Numbered from the stretch's first letter, positions 1-10,193 are shown. The stretch is 64,000 bases of DNA from an uncultured Chthoniobacter sp. (GCA_964609925.1 CAZSUJ010000009.1:4290-68289), one strand, 5' to 3'. A program made the numbers and translations. Notes: generated by a model from the sequence alone, not told the origin.

Positions 1-646
1 TGCCCGGCCAGCGGACTTGGATGCGCTGGTTCACGGTGAAGTTGTGTCCGGTGATGGGGATGACGCTGGTGCCGGCTGGGACGTAGACGTTGTCCACGAG
101 TGTGCGCGTGGCGGTGTCGACCGTGTTCGAGTTGCCGTCGAAGGCGATCACGCGGGAGTTGCGCGTGTTGCCGGACTCCTGCTCGTTGGTGGTGCCCATG
201 GCGTAAATGCGCGTGCCGGTGAGCGGGTGGTCGCCTTCGCCGCGGATGACGACGCCGGACGCGCGGACGGTGATGCGGTTGATCGAGTGGATCTCCCATC
301 GTCCGGCCTTCAGGAGGAGGGCGCCGCGGAAGCCGTTGACCAGCGGACGCGCCGCGATGAAGTCGAGGGCGGTCTGGATGCGGTCGGTCTGGTCACCGGT
401 GCCGGGTGAAAGCGTGACGACGACCGGGACTTGGTAGCCGCCGGGTGCGTTGGGCAGCGGGGAGTTGCCGTAGTTGTAGCCGACGGTGGAGAAATCCGGG
501 ATGCGGTCGCCCTTCGGGGTTGGTTGGTAGGTGATGGATTGGTCCGCGTTGATGATGACCGGAACGGCGAACTGCGGGTTCTGCGCATCCGCCGAGGCGG
601 CGAGGACCGCAAAGGCGATGGCGGCGCGAACAGGGCGGGTGGTCAC
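1..646 (-). CDS. Secreted right-handed beta-helix (pectate-lyase-fold) protein, N-terminal part only; the gene runs off the left edge
   Basis: Absent from the ORF track because there is no stop in the window. Minus-strand translation from GTG at 646 gives VTTRPVRAAIAFAVLAASADAQNPQF...SPGTGDQTDRIQTALDFIAARPLVNGFRGALLLKAGRWEIHSINRITVRASGVVIRGEG. That is a signal-peptide-like start followed by a pectate_lyase_3-type N-terminal motif. The GTG overlaps the TGA of the upstream gene (GTGA, 643-646). Confidence 0.6.
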   Translation of the reverse strand, partial: MTTRPVRAAIAFAVLAASADAQNPQFAVPVIINADQSITYQPTPKGDRIPDFSTVGYNYGNSPLPNAPGGYQVPVVVTLSPGTGDQTDRIQTALDFIAARPLVNGFRGALLLKAGRWEIHSINRITVRASGVVIRGEGDHPLTGTRIYAMGTTNEQESGNTRNSRVIAFDGNSNTVDTATRTLVDNVYVPAGTSVIPITGHNFTVNQRIQVRWPG

Positions 647-3600
647 GGCGTCCCTTTCTTGAAAAGTCTCTCGACGTCGGGGGCCGCGAGTTCGCGGTTG
701 TGGACGGTCAGGCCGGCGATGGCGCCGGGGTGGTCGGCGAGGATGTCGAGTGCGTCGGTGGCGAGGTCGGGTGTGCCCGCGGCCGACGAGACAAGCTTTC
801 CGTCGAGGTAGAGCGTGATGCGGTCCGGCGTCGCGGTGAGGACGACGTGGTGCCATGTGCCTGGCTTGATCTCGGCGCTCTCGAGGTCGCCGGGGCCGGC
901 GCGGAGGCGGTTGTTGCGGAGGTCGGCCCAGACGGTGCGGTAGCGCTTGCCGAACGCGGTGAGCCCTTGCTTGCCGAAGAGCATGCCGTCACCCGTGTCG
1001 CTGCGGAACCACAGGCCGACGCTGAACTCTGGGTCGAGCATGTTGAGCCGTTGCAGCTTGAGCGGCACGCGTCCGGTGCCGCGGGTCATGTTGATGTCCA
1101 CGCCGCCGGGTCCTTCGGCGACGGTGAATGGACGCGAGACCATGGCTGTGCGCCCGTCCACCACCTCGCGCTTGGCGAAGTCGGCAAACCAAACGCGGCA
1201 CCGCTTGTCCAATTCGGCGAAACCCGGCTTGCCGTCCCACGCGTCGAAGTTCACCGAGGCAATGAGGTCTGCTTCGGCCGGGCGGGCGGGGAAGGACTGT
1301 CCTGACGCACGCTTGAGATCGCCGCCGCCCAGAGCCACGGTCTGGCCATCGGGGTGGGTGACGGTCAACTCGGCCGGGCTGGAGCCGAGCCGCAGCGAGA
1401 TCGGATACCATCCGGACTTGAGCCCGATCCGGCCGGGCGGCATGCGGCCGGGAACTCCGTGTTGGACAACCACCTCGCCGCCGAGGCGCAGTTGGTTCTG
1501 GTAAACCGAGCGGAACTTGCCGAGGTGCTGGCTGCTGCTGCTTCGGGTTGGCAGATGGAATGAGTAAACGCCGTCTGCCGGGGCGTGGAACCATCCATCG
1601 TAGGCGACAACTTGGCCGGGGTTGCCGTTGCCGTCGATGAGTGGGGTGGCCTCCTGCCGACGGGGCGTGGCGCCATCGATGTCGAGGTAGTCCGGCGAGC
1701 GGGACTTGCCGCTCCGTTCGTAGGCTGTGCGGATCACGCCGGTCTCGAGCGCTGCCGGCGGGCGGCCCGGTTCGAGCCACTTGATGTCGGGTTGTGCGGG
1801 CCGCGCATCCGGCGGGAGCACGGCGGCCAGTTGCGATGGAGGCACGGGTGCGAAGGATGCCGAGTCCGGCCCGCGGACGGCGACGCGGAACGGCATGACG
1901 CCGTGGGTTGACATGTTCCAGAAGATCGGGTCAGTGACGACGAGTTCGAGGGCATGCCATCCGGCGCCCAGCACGACGCTGCCGCGCCGCTCCGCCTGTT
2001 GCTGGTGGAACACGCCTGTCTCGGCGATGGCGTCCTGTGCGCCGACCGTCAAGAGCACGGGCCCCGACGAATCGACTGCGAAGTCGTGCACGCCCGCGCT
2101 GTCCGCCTTGAACCAGCCTGTGAAGCGGTAGAATCCCTTGGCCTGCTTCTCGATCGGCGCGGCGGGGACGACGTGCGGGAGCGCAAAGCCGTCGGCCGAT
2201 GCGGCGGTGACGAGCGGTTCCGATTTGTCGAGGTCGGGGAGCATGACCTTGTGCGCGCGGAAGAGCCCGCGGTCGTCCCACATCTTCGTCGCCATCTCGT
2301 AAACGCGGGCGAGGAGTCCCGGCTTCGCGTCGGTCGGCGGTGCGGGTGTGCCCGGAGTGGCTGCGCGTGATTCGAAGCGGGCGACCGTTTCGGAACCCGC
2401 ACGGTTTTCGCCCGGCCACGAAGGGTCGAAGACGCGGGCCCGCAGGGTGGCGGATTCCTTGACCGCGAACGGGGCCTCGTAGAGCGCAGAGGAGGGGCCG
2501 GGTTCGCTCCCGTCGAGCGTGTAACGGATTTCTGCGGGTGCCGGCACGCGTTCGAAGGCCGCCATGATCCCGTCCGCAAAAGGATACACCGGCGTCTCGC
2601 CCTCGCGGCGGGTGGTGCGGAGGTCGTTCGGATCGAAATGGTCGCCGCGCACGACAAGAACGGGCCGGGCTGGCGCCGCGGGGTTGGGCAAAGCCGGCTT
2701 CCCGTCGCGTTGGAAGTCGAAGACGGTGCGCCCGCCATCCGTCGTCGCGAACTTGTAGGTATCGCGCTGGCCGCCGAGAACGACCTCGAGGGAATTGTCC
2801 GCCCACTTCGTCTCCGGCAGCGGATCGCCGTGCCGGTGCGGGTAGAACATGATGCGGAACTCGGGGGATTCCGAAATGGCGGGGACGACGAGCTGCGAGA
2901 AGCCGCGGAATGGCTGTTCGGGGCGTCCTGGCACGACATGGATGCGCGGCACGGGGTAGCCGTAGTCGGTGTTGCGGTGGAGCACGCGCACGAGCATCAG
3001 CGGGTCGCCCTTCGCCACGATGGGGCGTCCAGTTTGCGGGTCGCGCGAGGTGTTGCCCGGGGCGAGGAGGAACTCGCTCTGGCGCAAGGCGGATGGCTCG
3101 ACGTTCTGGAATTGCACCTCCGTGGTTTTCGAGTCCACGACCACGACGTCGTTGGGAAGGTTGAACGAGGACTCGAAGAGGTGCTTCTCGTCGCCGGGTT
3201 TCGCGGCGTCGTCGATGACCAGCACGTAGGGATGGGGGCCGCGGGCGAGGTGCACCGTGCGGTAGGCGCGCTCCATCGGATTGTTGGTCGTGTAGTGCTC
3301 GACGAGGCGCGTCTCGCCGCTCCATGGGCCGTAGTCGGTGTGCGCGTAGCCGTCGTTGAAGGCGACCGTTCCGGGGTGGAACGCCACCTGCAGGTCGCGG
3401 GTGAGGTCGAAGTTCTTCTCGGTGAAGGGCGCGTAGTAGGGCAGGGCACCGGAAGGAGAGTCGAGCGGGTGGACCTGCATGACCTTGCCGTAGCTATAGG
3501 CCATGCGCGCATCGCCCGCGGCGGAGAGTCCGTGCGGTCCCTCGTTCACCCCGAGCCATACGCCCGACACAGGCGGCCAGGCGAGGCCGCGTCCGTCGAC

Positions 3601-5097
3601 CGTGAGCATGTTCTGGAGTCCGGTGGCCTTGACCGCGAGCAGGTCCTCGTCACGCAGCCAGTTCACACCGTCCTTCCACAAGGTGAGGCGGTTGGCCTCG
3701 GAGCCCTCGTGTCCGCCGTAAAAGAAGTCCTGCTTGTTGACGAAGCCGAGGTGGAGGTCGCCGATCTGCCAGGAGTTGCGCGCCTCGACGTAGCCGCGCA
3801 GATCGTCCTTCCAAGTGAGGGGCAGTTTGAGCGGATCGATGGACTTCTGGTCGTTCCAATCGGCGAGTTTGCCCGCGCGGTTGTCGTCCGGGCCGCCACC
3901 GGCGAAGAGCAGGAGCAGCTCGGGAGCCACGCCGACGGGATCGGGCCAGCGCGCCTTGGTGTCGGTGAGGAACGGGTGCGTGCTGATCGTCGCGCTATAG
4001 AGCAGGTCGAATTTCTTGTCTTCCGGGTAGAGGAAGCGCATCAGCCAGATGACGTGGAAGGCGGACGCGCGCATCTCCTCGCGGATGACCCAGCGGCCGT
4101 TCTCCCAGCGGAGGGTGGAGAGGAAGAAGCGGAGTTTGGCGACGAGGTGGTCGTGGCGCAGGAGGTCGCGGTCGCGGCGTCCGACGGCGACGAAGGCGGA
4201 CGTGTTGAGCCAGCCCTTGATCGACTCGTAGCACATGCCATCCGGGCTGAGGAACCAGTCGAGCATGGCGCGGACCTTGTGCGCGGACGCGCGGAAGGTG
4301 GCCTCGGGAAATCCGGGCTGCCCCTCGATGAGGAGCATCAGGCGGATGAACTCCATCCCGAATCCCTTGTGGTTGTTGATCATGAAATGGTCCGGTTCGG
4401 CGAGGTAGTTGGTGAACCGGTCCTTCACGAGCCGCGCGATGACGCGTTCCGTCTCGGCGCGCTCGTCCGGCGTGAGCCAGCGGTGGAGGTAGTCGTAGTC
4501 GAGGAGTTTCCAGATCTCGTGCGGCGGGTCGGGATCGCCCGACGCGACGAGCGAGCGCTCGGCTGACCAGATGTTCGCGGCGTCCGGCTGGGCGTCGATC
4601 CGGTCGATCTTCGGCTCAAGGTGCCGCACCATTTTCATGAACTGCCGGGCGAGCGCCTTGCCCAGGGCGTCGTCCTCTGCCACCAGCGCGTAGAACGGGC
4701 TGCGGCTTTCCTTCAGGCGTTCCCAGAGCGTGCTGAACTCCGGAGGCGCAGCCTCGCCCTGCTTGACGCGGCGGCGGATGTCAGCCACGTCGTCAGGGGT
4801 GACGAGCACGCGGGGGTGGATGCCGGGGGCCGGCGGCGGATGCAGTTTCTGCGCGGCGAAGCCCGGCGTGTCGTAGGTGACCGGCGCGGGCAGGGCGGGC
4901 GGGGCGGGATGGAAGTTGGTGCCCGTGACCTCGGCGTAAGTCGGGTGGGCCCGCGGTTGCCACGCCGGTTCCTGGTAGAATGTGCGCGGGGTCGGTGAAG
5001 GGGATGGCTCAGCCGCGCCGGCCTGGGGAGGCTGGACGAGAAAAGACGCCGCGGCAACCGCGGGCATCAGGAAGGAAGTGCGAACCGGGCCGTTCAT
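643..5097 (-). CDS. Secreted multidomain heparinase II/III-like (alginate-lyase-fold) protein with PA14-like, chitobiase/Fn3_assoc-like and C-terminal LamG modules
   Basis: A 1492-aa ORF. The likely start is ATG 5097 (MNGPVRTSFLMPAVAAASFLVQPPQAGAAEP, signal-like). Module evidence: an alpha/alpha-toroid-like N-half; a Hepar_II_III-like segment (GGHEGSEANRLTLWKDGVNWLRD...NMLTVDGRGL); IRYTLDGSEPGPSSALYEAPFAVKESATLRARVF (CHB_HEX_C-like); GFYRFTGWFKADSAGVHDFAVDSSGPVLLTVG and DGWFHAPADGVYSFHL (PA14-like); LWFRSDTGDGMLFGK...WHHVVLTATPDRITLYLDGKLV (LamG). Confidence 0.8.
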   Translation of the reverse strand: MNGPVRTSFLMPAVAAASFLVQPPQAGAAEPSPSPTPRTFYQEPAWQPRAHPTYAEVTGTNFHPAPPALPAPVTYDTPGFAAQKLHPPPAPGIHPRVLVTPDDVADIRRRVKQGEAAPPEFSTLWERLKESRSPFYALVAEDDALGKALARQFMKMVRHLEPKIDRIDAQPDAANIWSAERSLVASGDPDPPHEIWKLLDYDYLHRWLTPDERAETERVIARLVKDRFTNYLAEPDHFMINNHKGFGMEFIRLMLLIEGQPGFPEATFRASAHKVRAMLDWFLSPDGMCYESIKGWLNTSAFVAVGRRDRDLLRHDHLVAKLRFFLSTLRWENGRWVIREEMRASAFHVIWLMRFLYPEDKKFDLLYSATISTHPFLTDTKARWPDPVGVAPELLLLFAGGGPDDNRAGKLADWNDQKSIDPLKLPLTWKDDLRGYVEARNSWQIGDLHLGFVNKQDFFYGGHEGSEANRLTLWKDGVNWLRDEDLLAVKATGLQNMLTVDGRGLAWPPVSGVWLGVNEGPHGLSAAGDARMAYSYGKVMQVHPLDSPSGALPYYAPFTEKNFDLTRDLQVAFHPGTVAFNDGYAHTDYGPWSGETRLVEHYTTNNPMERAYRTVHLARGPHPYVLVIDDAAKPGDEKHLFESSFNLPNDVVVVDSKTTEVQFQNVEPSALRQSEFLLAPGNTSRDPQTGRPIVAKGDPLMLVRVLHRNTDYGYPVPRIHVVPGRPEQPFRGFSQLVVPAISESPEFRIMFYPHRHGDPLPETKWADNSLEVVLGGQRDTYKFATTDGGRTVFDFQRDGKPALPNPAAPARPVLVVRGDHFDPNDLRTTRREGETPVYPFADGIMAAFERVPAPAEIRYTLDGSEPGPSSALYEAPFAVKESATLRARVFDPSWPGENRAGSETVARFESRAATPGTPAPPTDAKPGLLARVYEMATKMWDDRGLFRAHKVMLPDLDKSEPLVTAASADGFALPHVVPAAPIEKQAKGFYRFTGWFKADSAGVHDFAVDSSGPVLLTVGAQDAIAETGVFHQQQAERRGSVVLGAGWHALELVVTDPIFWNMSTHGVMPFRVAVRGPDSASFAPVPPSQLAAVLPPDARPAQPDIKWLEPGRPPAALETGVIRTAYERSGKSRSPDYLDIDGATPRRQEATPLIDGNGNPGQVVAYDGWFHAPADGVYSFHLPTRSSSSQHLGKFRSVYQNQLRLGGEVVVQHGVPGRMPPGRIGLKSGWYPISLRLGSSPAELTVTHPDGQTVALGGGDLKRASGQSFPARPAEADLIASVNFDAWDGKPGFAELDKRCRVWFADFAKREVVDGRTAMVSRPFTVAEGPGGVDINMTRGTGRVPLKLQRLNMLDPEFSVGLWFRSDTGDGMLFGKQGLTAFGKRYRTVWADLRNNRLRAGPGDLESAEIKPGTWHHVVLTATPDRITLYLDGKLVSSAAGTPDLATDALDILADHPGAIAGLTVHNRELAAPDVERLFKKGTP

Positions 5098-5238
5098 GGG
5101 GGAGGAGCGGATACAATACACTTGCCGCCGAGAGCGCTCGACGTTTCGCGAGAATTTAAATGCAAAACTACCGCAACTTTATCGGGCATTGCCCGACAGT
5201 CATGGTGTCGCCCGCGGTCGCCGGGCGCTGCTTTGCGG

Positions 5239-5655
5239 CTATCGGATGAAGTAGCCGGAGACCCGCCAGGCGCCCTCGGGGTCCTTCATGGGGGTGACCG
5301 TCTCGACCGCCTCCGCCTTTTGGGCGAACTTCGCCTTGAACTGGATGACAACGTATTCGCCGTCCGGTGCGCCGGGGAGCGTCGTGGTGAACTTAGCTCC
5401 CATCAACTCCCGCGATTCCAGTTTGCCCAGCGGGCTTCGGACCGACTTCACCGCCGCCTCCCATTGAGCCTGCGAAACCGCCTCCTTGAAGACCGGGGCC
5501 GCCTCCTTCCAACTCGCGGCGTAGTCGCCCGAGTCCACGAGCGAGAGCCACGCCTCGGCGGCCTTCACGGCGGGGGCGGTTTGGTCATCGGCTTTCGCGG
5601 AAAGCGCGAGGGCGAGAAGGAGAGCGGTGGCGGCTGGGAGGAGGAATGATTTCAC
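5239..5655 (-). CDS. Small secreted DUF4019-like protein
   Basis: 138 aa with a GTG start. MKSFLLPAATALLLALALSAKA is a signal peptide. AWLSLVDSGDYAASWKEAAPVFKEAVSQAQWEAAV...GEYVVIQFKAKF matches the DUF4019 pattern from memory. Confidence 0.75.
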   Translation of the reverse strand: MKSFLLPAATALLLALALSAKADDQTAPAVKAAEAWLSLVDSGDYAASWKEAAPVFKEAVSQAQWEAAVKSVRSPLGKLESRELMGAKFTTTLPGAPDGEYVVIQFKAKFAQKAEAVETVTPMKDPEGAWRVSGYFIR

Positions 5656-5798
5656 AAGCGAAGCCTAGGCCCCTGCCGCAGGATGGACCACGATAATGGG
5701 TAGCCTGCTCTTCGGGAATCTATGGCACGCGTCACAAAGCGCGTTTGCGCCGCCCGCATCTCCATGCTGGCGGTGCCCGGCTTCAGGAGGCACGAATC

Positions 5799-7337
5799 AT
5801 GGCATCTGTGAAGATCATCAACCCCATCATTGCCGGCTTCCATCCCGATCCCAGCGTCTGCCGGGTCGGTCGCGACTATTTTCTGGTCAACAGCACCTTC
5901 GAGTATTTTCCGGGTGTCCCGATCCACCACAGCCGGGACCTCGTGAACTGGAGGCTGATCGGGCATTGCCTCACGCGCGAAAGCCAGTTGGCGCTGCACG
6001 GCGTTCCTCCTTCCGACGGCATTTACGCGCCGACCATCCGCCATCATGCCGGGCGCTTCTACATGGTGACGACGAACATCCGGGGCGGCGGCAACTTCTT
6101 CGTCCACGCCGAGGATCCCGCCGGCCCGTGGTCCGAGCCGGTGTGGCTGGCCCAGCGGGGCATCGACCCTTCGCTGTGGTTCGCGGCGGACGGACGGGTC
6201 TTCCTGACTTCCAATGGAACGGGCTGGGCGCCGGTGCGTGGGCTTTACCAATGCGAGATCGATCCGCAGACGGGCGAGCAACTCACCGAAACGCGATTCC
6301 TTTGGCCGGGAACCGGTGGCGCTTATCCGGAGGCGCCGCATCTTTTCGAGCGCGGTGGTTACTACTACCTCGTGGCGGCCGAGGGCGGGACGGCCGAGGG
6401 ACACATGGTGACCATCGCCCGCTCGCGCGATCCCTACGGGCCGTTCGAGTCGTGTCCGCGTAATCCGGTGCTGAGCCATCGCAGCCTGATGGGCGACATC
6501 CACGCCACGGGGCACGCGGATTTCTTCGAGGACCACCGGGGCGACTGGTGGGTGGTGTTCCTCGGCATTCGCTACGGCGAGCACGGTTGGCACCACCTCG
6601 GGCGCGAGACCTTTCTGGCGCCGGTCGAGTGGGATGCCGACGGCTGGCCGGTTGTGAATGGAGGCCGCCCCGTGACTCTCGAAATGGAAACCGACCGCGC
6701 GATCGAACCGCATGTCTGGCCCGCCGCAGCCGTCCGCGATGATTTCGACGCGCCCGAGTTCTCGCCGGTCTGGGTGCATCTCCGCAACCCGCGGCCCGGC
6801 AGCTTTTCCCTCGCCGCGCGCCCCGGTTTCTTGCGCTTGCACGGATTGTCTGTCTCGCTCGACGAAGCGGCTGATCCGTCGTGCGTCCTGCGCCGCGTGC
6901 AGCATATGGAGTTCGCAGCCCGCGCCTTGCTCGATGCTGGTGCGGAGGCGCCGGAAGAAGCCGGCCTCACGGTGCTGATCGACAACCGCCACCGGGCAGA
7001 TCTCGTCGTGCGGCGGTGCGACGGTCGGCGCGAAGCGGTCTTGCGGCGTCGTATCGGTCCGGCGACGTGCGAGGGCGATGCAGTTCCCGTTCCCGACGGT
7101 CCGCTTACCTTGGAAGTCTCTGGTTCACCGCGCGCCTGTCGATTCGCGGTGATTGCGGGCGACTTCCGTGCCGACCTCGGCGAGCACGAGACGCGCTATC
7201 TCTCGACCGAGGTGTCCGGCGGATACACGGGTGCGATGATCGGGCCGTTCGCGTTTTCGTCCGACGGCAGCGGGCACGCAGACTTCGATTGGTTCGAGTA
7301 TCAGCCGGGGCCGACGGGCGGCGCGCTCAGGCCGTGA
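5799..7337 (+). CDS. GH43 beta-xylosidase/alpha-L-arabinofuranosidase (XynB-type, with C-terminal beta-sandwich)
   Basis: ATG 5799 lies 8 nt after AGGAGG (5785-5790). MASVKIINPIIAGFHPDPSVCRVGRDYFLVNSTFEYFPGVPIHHSRDLVNWRLIGH is the canonical GH43 N-terminus. There is no signal peptide. The 18-aa extension in the ORF track (5745) is unsupported. Confidence 0.9.
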   Translation: MASVKIINPIIAGFHPDPSVCRVGRDYFLVNSTFEYFPGVPIHHSRDLVNWRLIGHCLTRESQLALHGVPPSDGIYAPTIRHHAGRFYMVTTNIRGGGNFFVHAEDPAGPWSEPVWLAQRGIDPSLWFAADGRVFLTSNGTGWAPVRGLYQCEIDPQTGEQLTETRFLWPGTGGAYPEAPHLFERGGYYYLVAAEGGTAEGHMVTIARSRDPYGPFESCPRNPVLSHRSLMGDIHATGHADFFEDHRGDWWVVFLGIRYGEHGWHHLGRETFLAPVEWDADGWPVVNGGRPVTLEMETDRAIEPHVWPAAAVRDDFDAPEFSPVWVHLRNPRPGSFSLAARPGFLRLHGLSVSLDEAADPSCVLRRVQHMEFAARALLDAGAEAPEEAGLTVLIDNRHRADLVVRRCDGRREAVLRRRIGPATCEGDAVPVPDGPLTLEVSGSPRACRFAVIAGDFRADLGEHETRYLSTEVSGGYTGAMIGPFAFSSDGSGHADFDWFEYQPGPTGGALRP

Positions 7338-8466
7338 AGACGGAAAGATCCCAACGGTCGCGCCATTCGATCACGGGGCGTTCATTCTCGAAGCGGATGG
7401 GAAGCCAGACGTAGCCGCTCGTGCGGTGGGCCTCGGGGCGCCATGTGTCGAACATGGCGATGAACGCACCGGGGATTCCCGGCACCGGCAGCACGTGCGT
7501 GCTTTGTCCGCCGAAGGTGAGTTCGGGGCCGAGGCGGTTCGCGGGAGTCGGTCCGGCACAGGGGTTGCCGCGTTCGCGCCACGGTCCCCAGATGCTTTCG
7601 GCGACGGAGGCGCGGGCCGTATTGGGGTTCCAGCCGGTGCAGTGCGAGGAGAGCATCCAGTAGAGGCCCGCGTGTTTGAAGAGCGCCGGGGCCTCGTGCC
7701 AGAGGTAGGGGAACGCGCGGCTCCAGTGGCCGTCGTGCGTGATGAAATCCGCGGCGAGCCGCGCGATGTGGAGCGTGGCGTTCTCCTCCGAGGAATAGAC
7801 GTGGTAGGCGGAGCCGTCGTCATCCACGAAGAGGGTCATGTCCTTGGCCATCTGGCCGCCGTGGAAGTCGCGGCCGAGGAAGTTCATCTTGGCGCGGTCG
7901 GGATGCGGACTTCCCCAGAAAGCAGTGCCGAGGAGTTTTTCGCCCTCGGGCAGCGCGGCGATTTGTGCGGCAGTGACGTCGGCGGGCCAGACGCCGGGGT
8001 TGGGGCGGAGTGAATGCAGAAAGCGGTAGGGGCCCGTCGGGCTGTCGGCGATGGCGACCCCGCTGCGGGCGGCTTTGCGTCCGTGTCCCTTGAGCTCGAG
8101 GTGGAACCACATGACGAACTTCCCGGTGGTCGGATTGAAGATGACCTTCGGACGTTCGAGGATGCAACCGCGCTCGATTTCGTGTCCGGGTTCGTCAACG
8201 ACGGCCAGAGCGATGCCGCGATCGGTCCAGTTGTAGAGGTCGGTGGAGGAGTAAACGTGGACACCGACCTCGGCGGTGTCGCCGTCCTCCTTGTGCTCGC
8301 CGAACCAGTAGAAGATGCCGTCGTGGACGAGGATGCCGCCGCCGTGGGCATTGATGTGGTTGCCTTGGTCGTCCGGCCACGGCTCATCCGGAATGAAGCA
8401 GGAACGGCGTGGGTAAGTCTCCAAAGTGCGTGGCGCGCGAGGGGGAGGGTGCGGGGTGGCGCTCAA
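7327..8466 (-). CDS. GH43 family glycoside hydrolase (five-bladed propeller, cytoplasmic; subfamily uncertain, possibly exo-galactanase-like)
   Basis: 379 aa. NAHGGGILVHDGIFYWFGEHKEDG...VYSSTDLYNWTDRG...ERPKVIFNPTTGKFVMWFH is a GH43-type motif series. A TTG start at 8466 overlaps the fucosidase stop (TTGA). The 3' end overlaps the convergent GH43 gene by 11 nt (7327-7337). Confidence 0.85.
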   Translation of the reverse strand: MSATPHPPPRAPRTLETYPRRSCFIPDEPWPDDQGNHINAHGGGILVHDGIFYWFGEHKEDGDTAEVGVHVYSSTDLYNWTDRGIALAVVDEPGHEIERGCILERPKVIFNPTTGKFVMWFHLELKGHGRKAARSGVAIADSPTGPYRFLHSLRPNPGVWPADVTAAQIAALPEGEKLLGTAFWGSPHPDRAKMNFLGRDFHGGQMAKDMTLFVDDDGSAYHVYSSEENATLHIARLAADFITHDGHWSRAFPYLWHEAPALFKHAGLYWMLSSHCTGWNPNTARASVAESIWGPWRERGNPCAGPTPANRLGPELTFGGQSTHVLPVPGIPGAFIAMFDTWRPEAHRTSGYVWLPIRFENERPVIEWRDRWDLSVFTA

Positions 8467-10193
8467 GGATTGAGCACCGGCTCGAGCCGGATCCTGCGGA
8501 CGCTAAGGCTCTTCCAGCCTTCGGCCACCGGCTTGAGAGCAATGGTGACCTCGCCGGCTGGCAACTCGATGCTTCCAAGTTCGACGGTCTTCCACTCAGC
8601 GTCGCCGCCGGTTGCCTCGACCGTTGCGGGGACGGATGTTTCTTTGCCCGAGACGAGCGTGAGCTTGGCCGGCTGCGCGGCTGCGACCTCGGCTGTGACC
8701 TTCCACGAGCCCGCGCGGTCCGTCTTGAGGAGATATGCCAGATACCAGTTGGGGTTCCGCCAGTCCGTCAGGAACTCATTCGGTCCCTGGTCGCGCAATT
8801 GGATGTTACCGCTGTGCGAACCGTGCGCGTCCGCGTCGCCCGGGGCGAGTGTGATGACACCATCGGGACCCGCGGTGAGGAAGGCCTCCTGCGTCGCGGT
8901 CACCGGGCCGGGGAAGTCGAGGCGGACGACCGAGACATCGGGGTCGGGAGCCTCGCCCGGGAGAGTCAGCTCAAGGCCTTTCTCTGAGGTCGCCGCGGTC
9001 ACGGCAGTTCCATTGGCGAGGAGTCGTCCGCCCGTCGGCTCTCCCTTGAGGGTGGGCAGGAGAATCTTGCCATCCGCCGGCCATTCCCAGACGTGGGCGT
9101 AGAGCGTGGTGGTGCCGTCCGCATTGCTCCGCATCGTCACGCGGCCCCAAGGCAGGCGGCGGGGGAAGGGGCCGGCCTGCGTCCCGTAAATCGCCTCGCC
9201 GTTCACCTTCATCCAGCGGCCCACGGCCTGCAGGCGCTCCACGCTTTCCGGAGGGATGACGCCGTCGGCTGTCGGGCCGACGTTGAGGAGGAAGTTGCCG
9301 CCCTTGCTAGCGATGTCCGAGAGGTTGCGGAGCAACTGGCGCACGCTCTTCCAGTTCTTGTCGCCCTTCTTGAATCCCCATGTGTCGTTCATCGTCATGC
9401 AGACTTCGAACCGTTCACCGGGATAGCCGCGCGGCGGGATGTGCTGCTCGGGGGTCTTCGTATCACCGGCGAAGCCTTGGCCGAGGCGGTTGTTGTTGAT
9501 GATGCGCGGGTGCTGCGCCATGAACTCGGCGAAGGGTTTGACCCTTTCGTGCGTCATGTCCCTCGGCGTGTCCCACCAGAGGATGTCCGGTTGGTAGCGC
9601 TCCACGATCTCCTTGACCTGCGGCAGGGCGATCTTGCCGAGGTAGTCGTCGTAGTTGCCCGCATGTGCGGGGTCCCAATCCTTGCCGTCACCCAGCTTCG
9701 CGCCGCCGGGATGCGTCCAATCCTGCGCCTGCGAATAGTAGAGGCCGAACTTCAGTCCCTCCTTGCGCGCAGCTTCGGCGAGCGGGGTGAGGAGGTCGCG
9801 CTTCGCTCCGGACGACATCACGTCCCAATCGGTGACCTCGGAATCGTAGAGCGCGAAGCCGTCGTGGTGCTTCGAGGTGATGACGATGTATTTCATGCCG
9901 GCCTCCTTGGCCAGGCGGGCCCAGGCGGCCGGATCGTAATTCGCGGCGGTGAAGTCCTTGGCGAACGCTTTGTAGTCGGCCACCGGAATCTTGCCGTTCT
10001 TCATGATCCACTCCCCGATGCCCGGGATCTGCTTGCCCTGCCATTCGCCGGCCGGAACGGCATAGACGCCCCAGTGGATGAACATCCCGAACCGCGCGTC
10101 GTCGAACCATGCGAGCCGGTCGGCGGACGTGTCGGGGGCTGCTGCATGGATGGTGAGTGGGGTCATGGCGAGAGAGAGGAGGGCGGACTTCAT
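8463..10193 (-). CDS. GH29 alpha-L-fucosidase, secreted
   Basis: The real start is ATG 10193 (MKSALLSLAMTPLTIHAAAP, signal). RLAWFDDARFGMFIHWGVYAVPAGEW is the GH29 signature. The upstream 129 aa of the track ORF is Arg-rich junk that overlaps the preceding gene. ATGA overlap at 10190-10193. Confidence 0.9.
   Translation of the reverse strand: MKSALLSLAMTPLTIHAAAPDTSADRLAWFDDARFGMFIHWGVYAVPAGEWQGKQIPGIGEWIMKNGKIPVADYKAFAKDFTAANYDPAAWARLAKEAGMKYIVITSKHHDGFALYDSEVTDWDVMSSGAKRDLLTPLAEAARKEGLKFGLYYSQAQDWTHPGGAKLGDGKDWDPAHAGNYDDYLGKIALPQVKEIVERYQPDILWWDTPRDMTHERVKPFAEFMAQHPRIINNNRLGQGFAGDTKTPEQHIPPRGYPGERFEVCMTMNDTWGFKKGDKNWKSVRQLLRNLSDIASKGGNFLLNVGPTADGVIPPESVERLQAVGRWMKVNGEAIYGTQAGPFPRRLPWGRVTMRSNADGTTTLYAHVWEWPADGKILLPTLKGEPTGGRLLANGTAVTAATSEKGLELTLPGEAPDPDVSVVRLDFPGPVTATQEAFLTAGPDGVITLAPGDADAHGSHSGNIQLRDQGPNEFLTDWRNPNWYLAYLLKTDRAGSWKVTAEVAAAQPAKLTLVSGKETSVPATVEATGGDAEWKTVELGSIELPAGEVTIALKPVAEGWKSLSVRRIRLEPVLNP

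Noticed and set aside
17-612. Track ORFs 17-409(+), 207-437(+) and 310-612(-) at the left edge.
   Set aside because: A different minus-strand frame encodes a convincing signal peptide plus beta-helix N-terminus starting at GTG 646. The listed ORFs have no features.
2638-4566. A 642-aa plus-strand ORF, together with similar long ORFs at 5652-6992(-), 15572-17860(+), 30270-32582(+), 41982-44642(-), 44602-45912(-), 46456-48378(-) and 61595-63406(-).
   Set aside because: All are antisense to genes with strong family motifs (heparinase-like, GH43, SSS, xylA, fucI, adhesin). Their translations are Arg/Ala/Gly/Val/Asp-rich with no motifs. These are typical shadow ORFs of a high-GC genome.
5163-5170. 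A Bacteroidetes-type TAnnTTTG -7 promoter motif (TAGTTTTG on the minus strand) upstream of the 1484-aa heparinase-like gene.
   Set aside because: It is a single occurrence, about 66 nt from the ATG. That motif belongs to a different phylum's sigma factor, so it is insufficient evidence.
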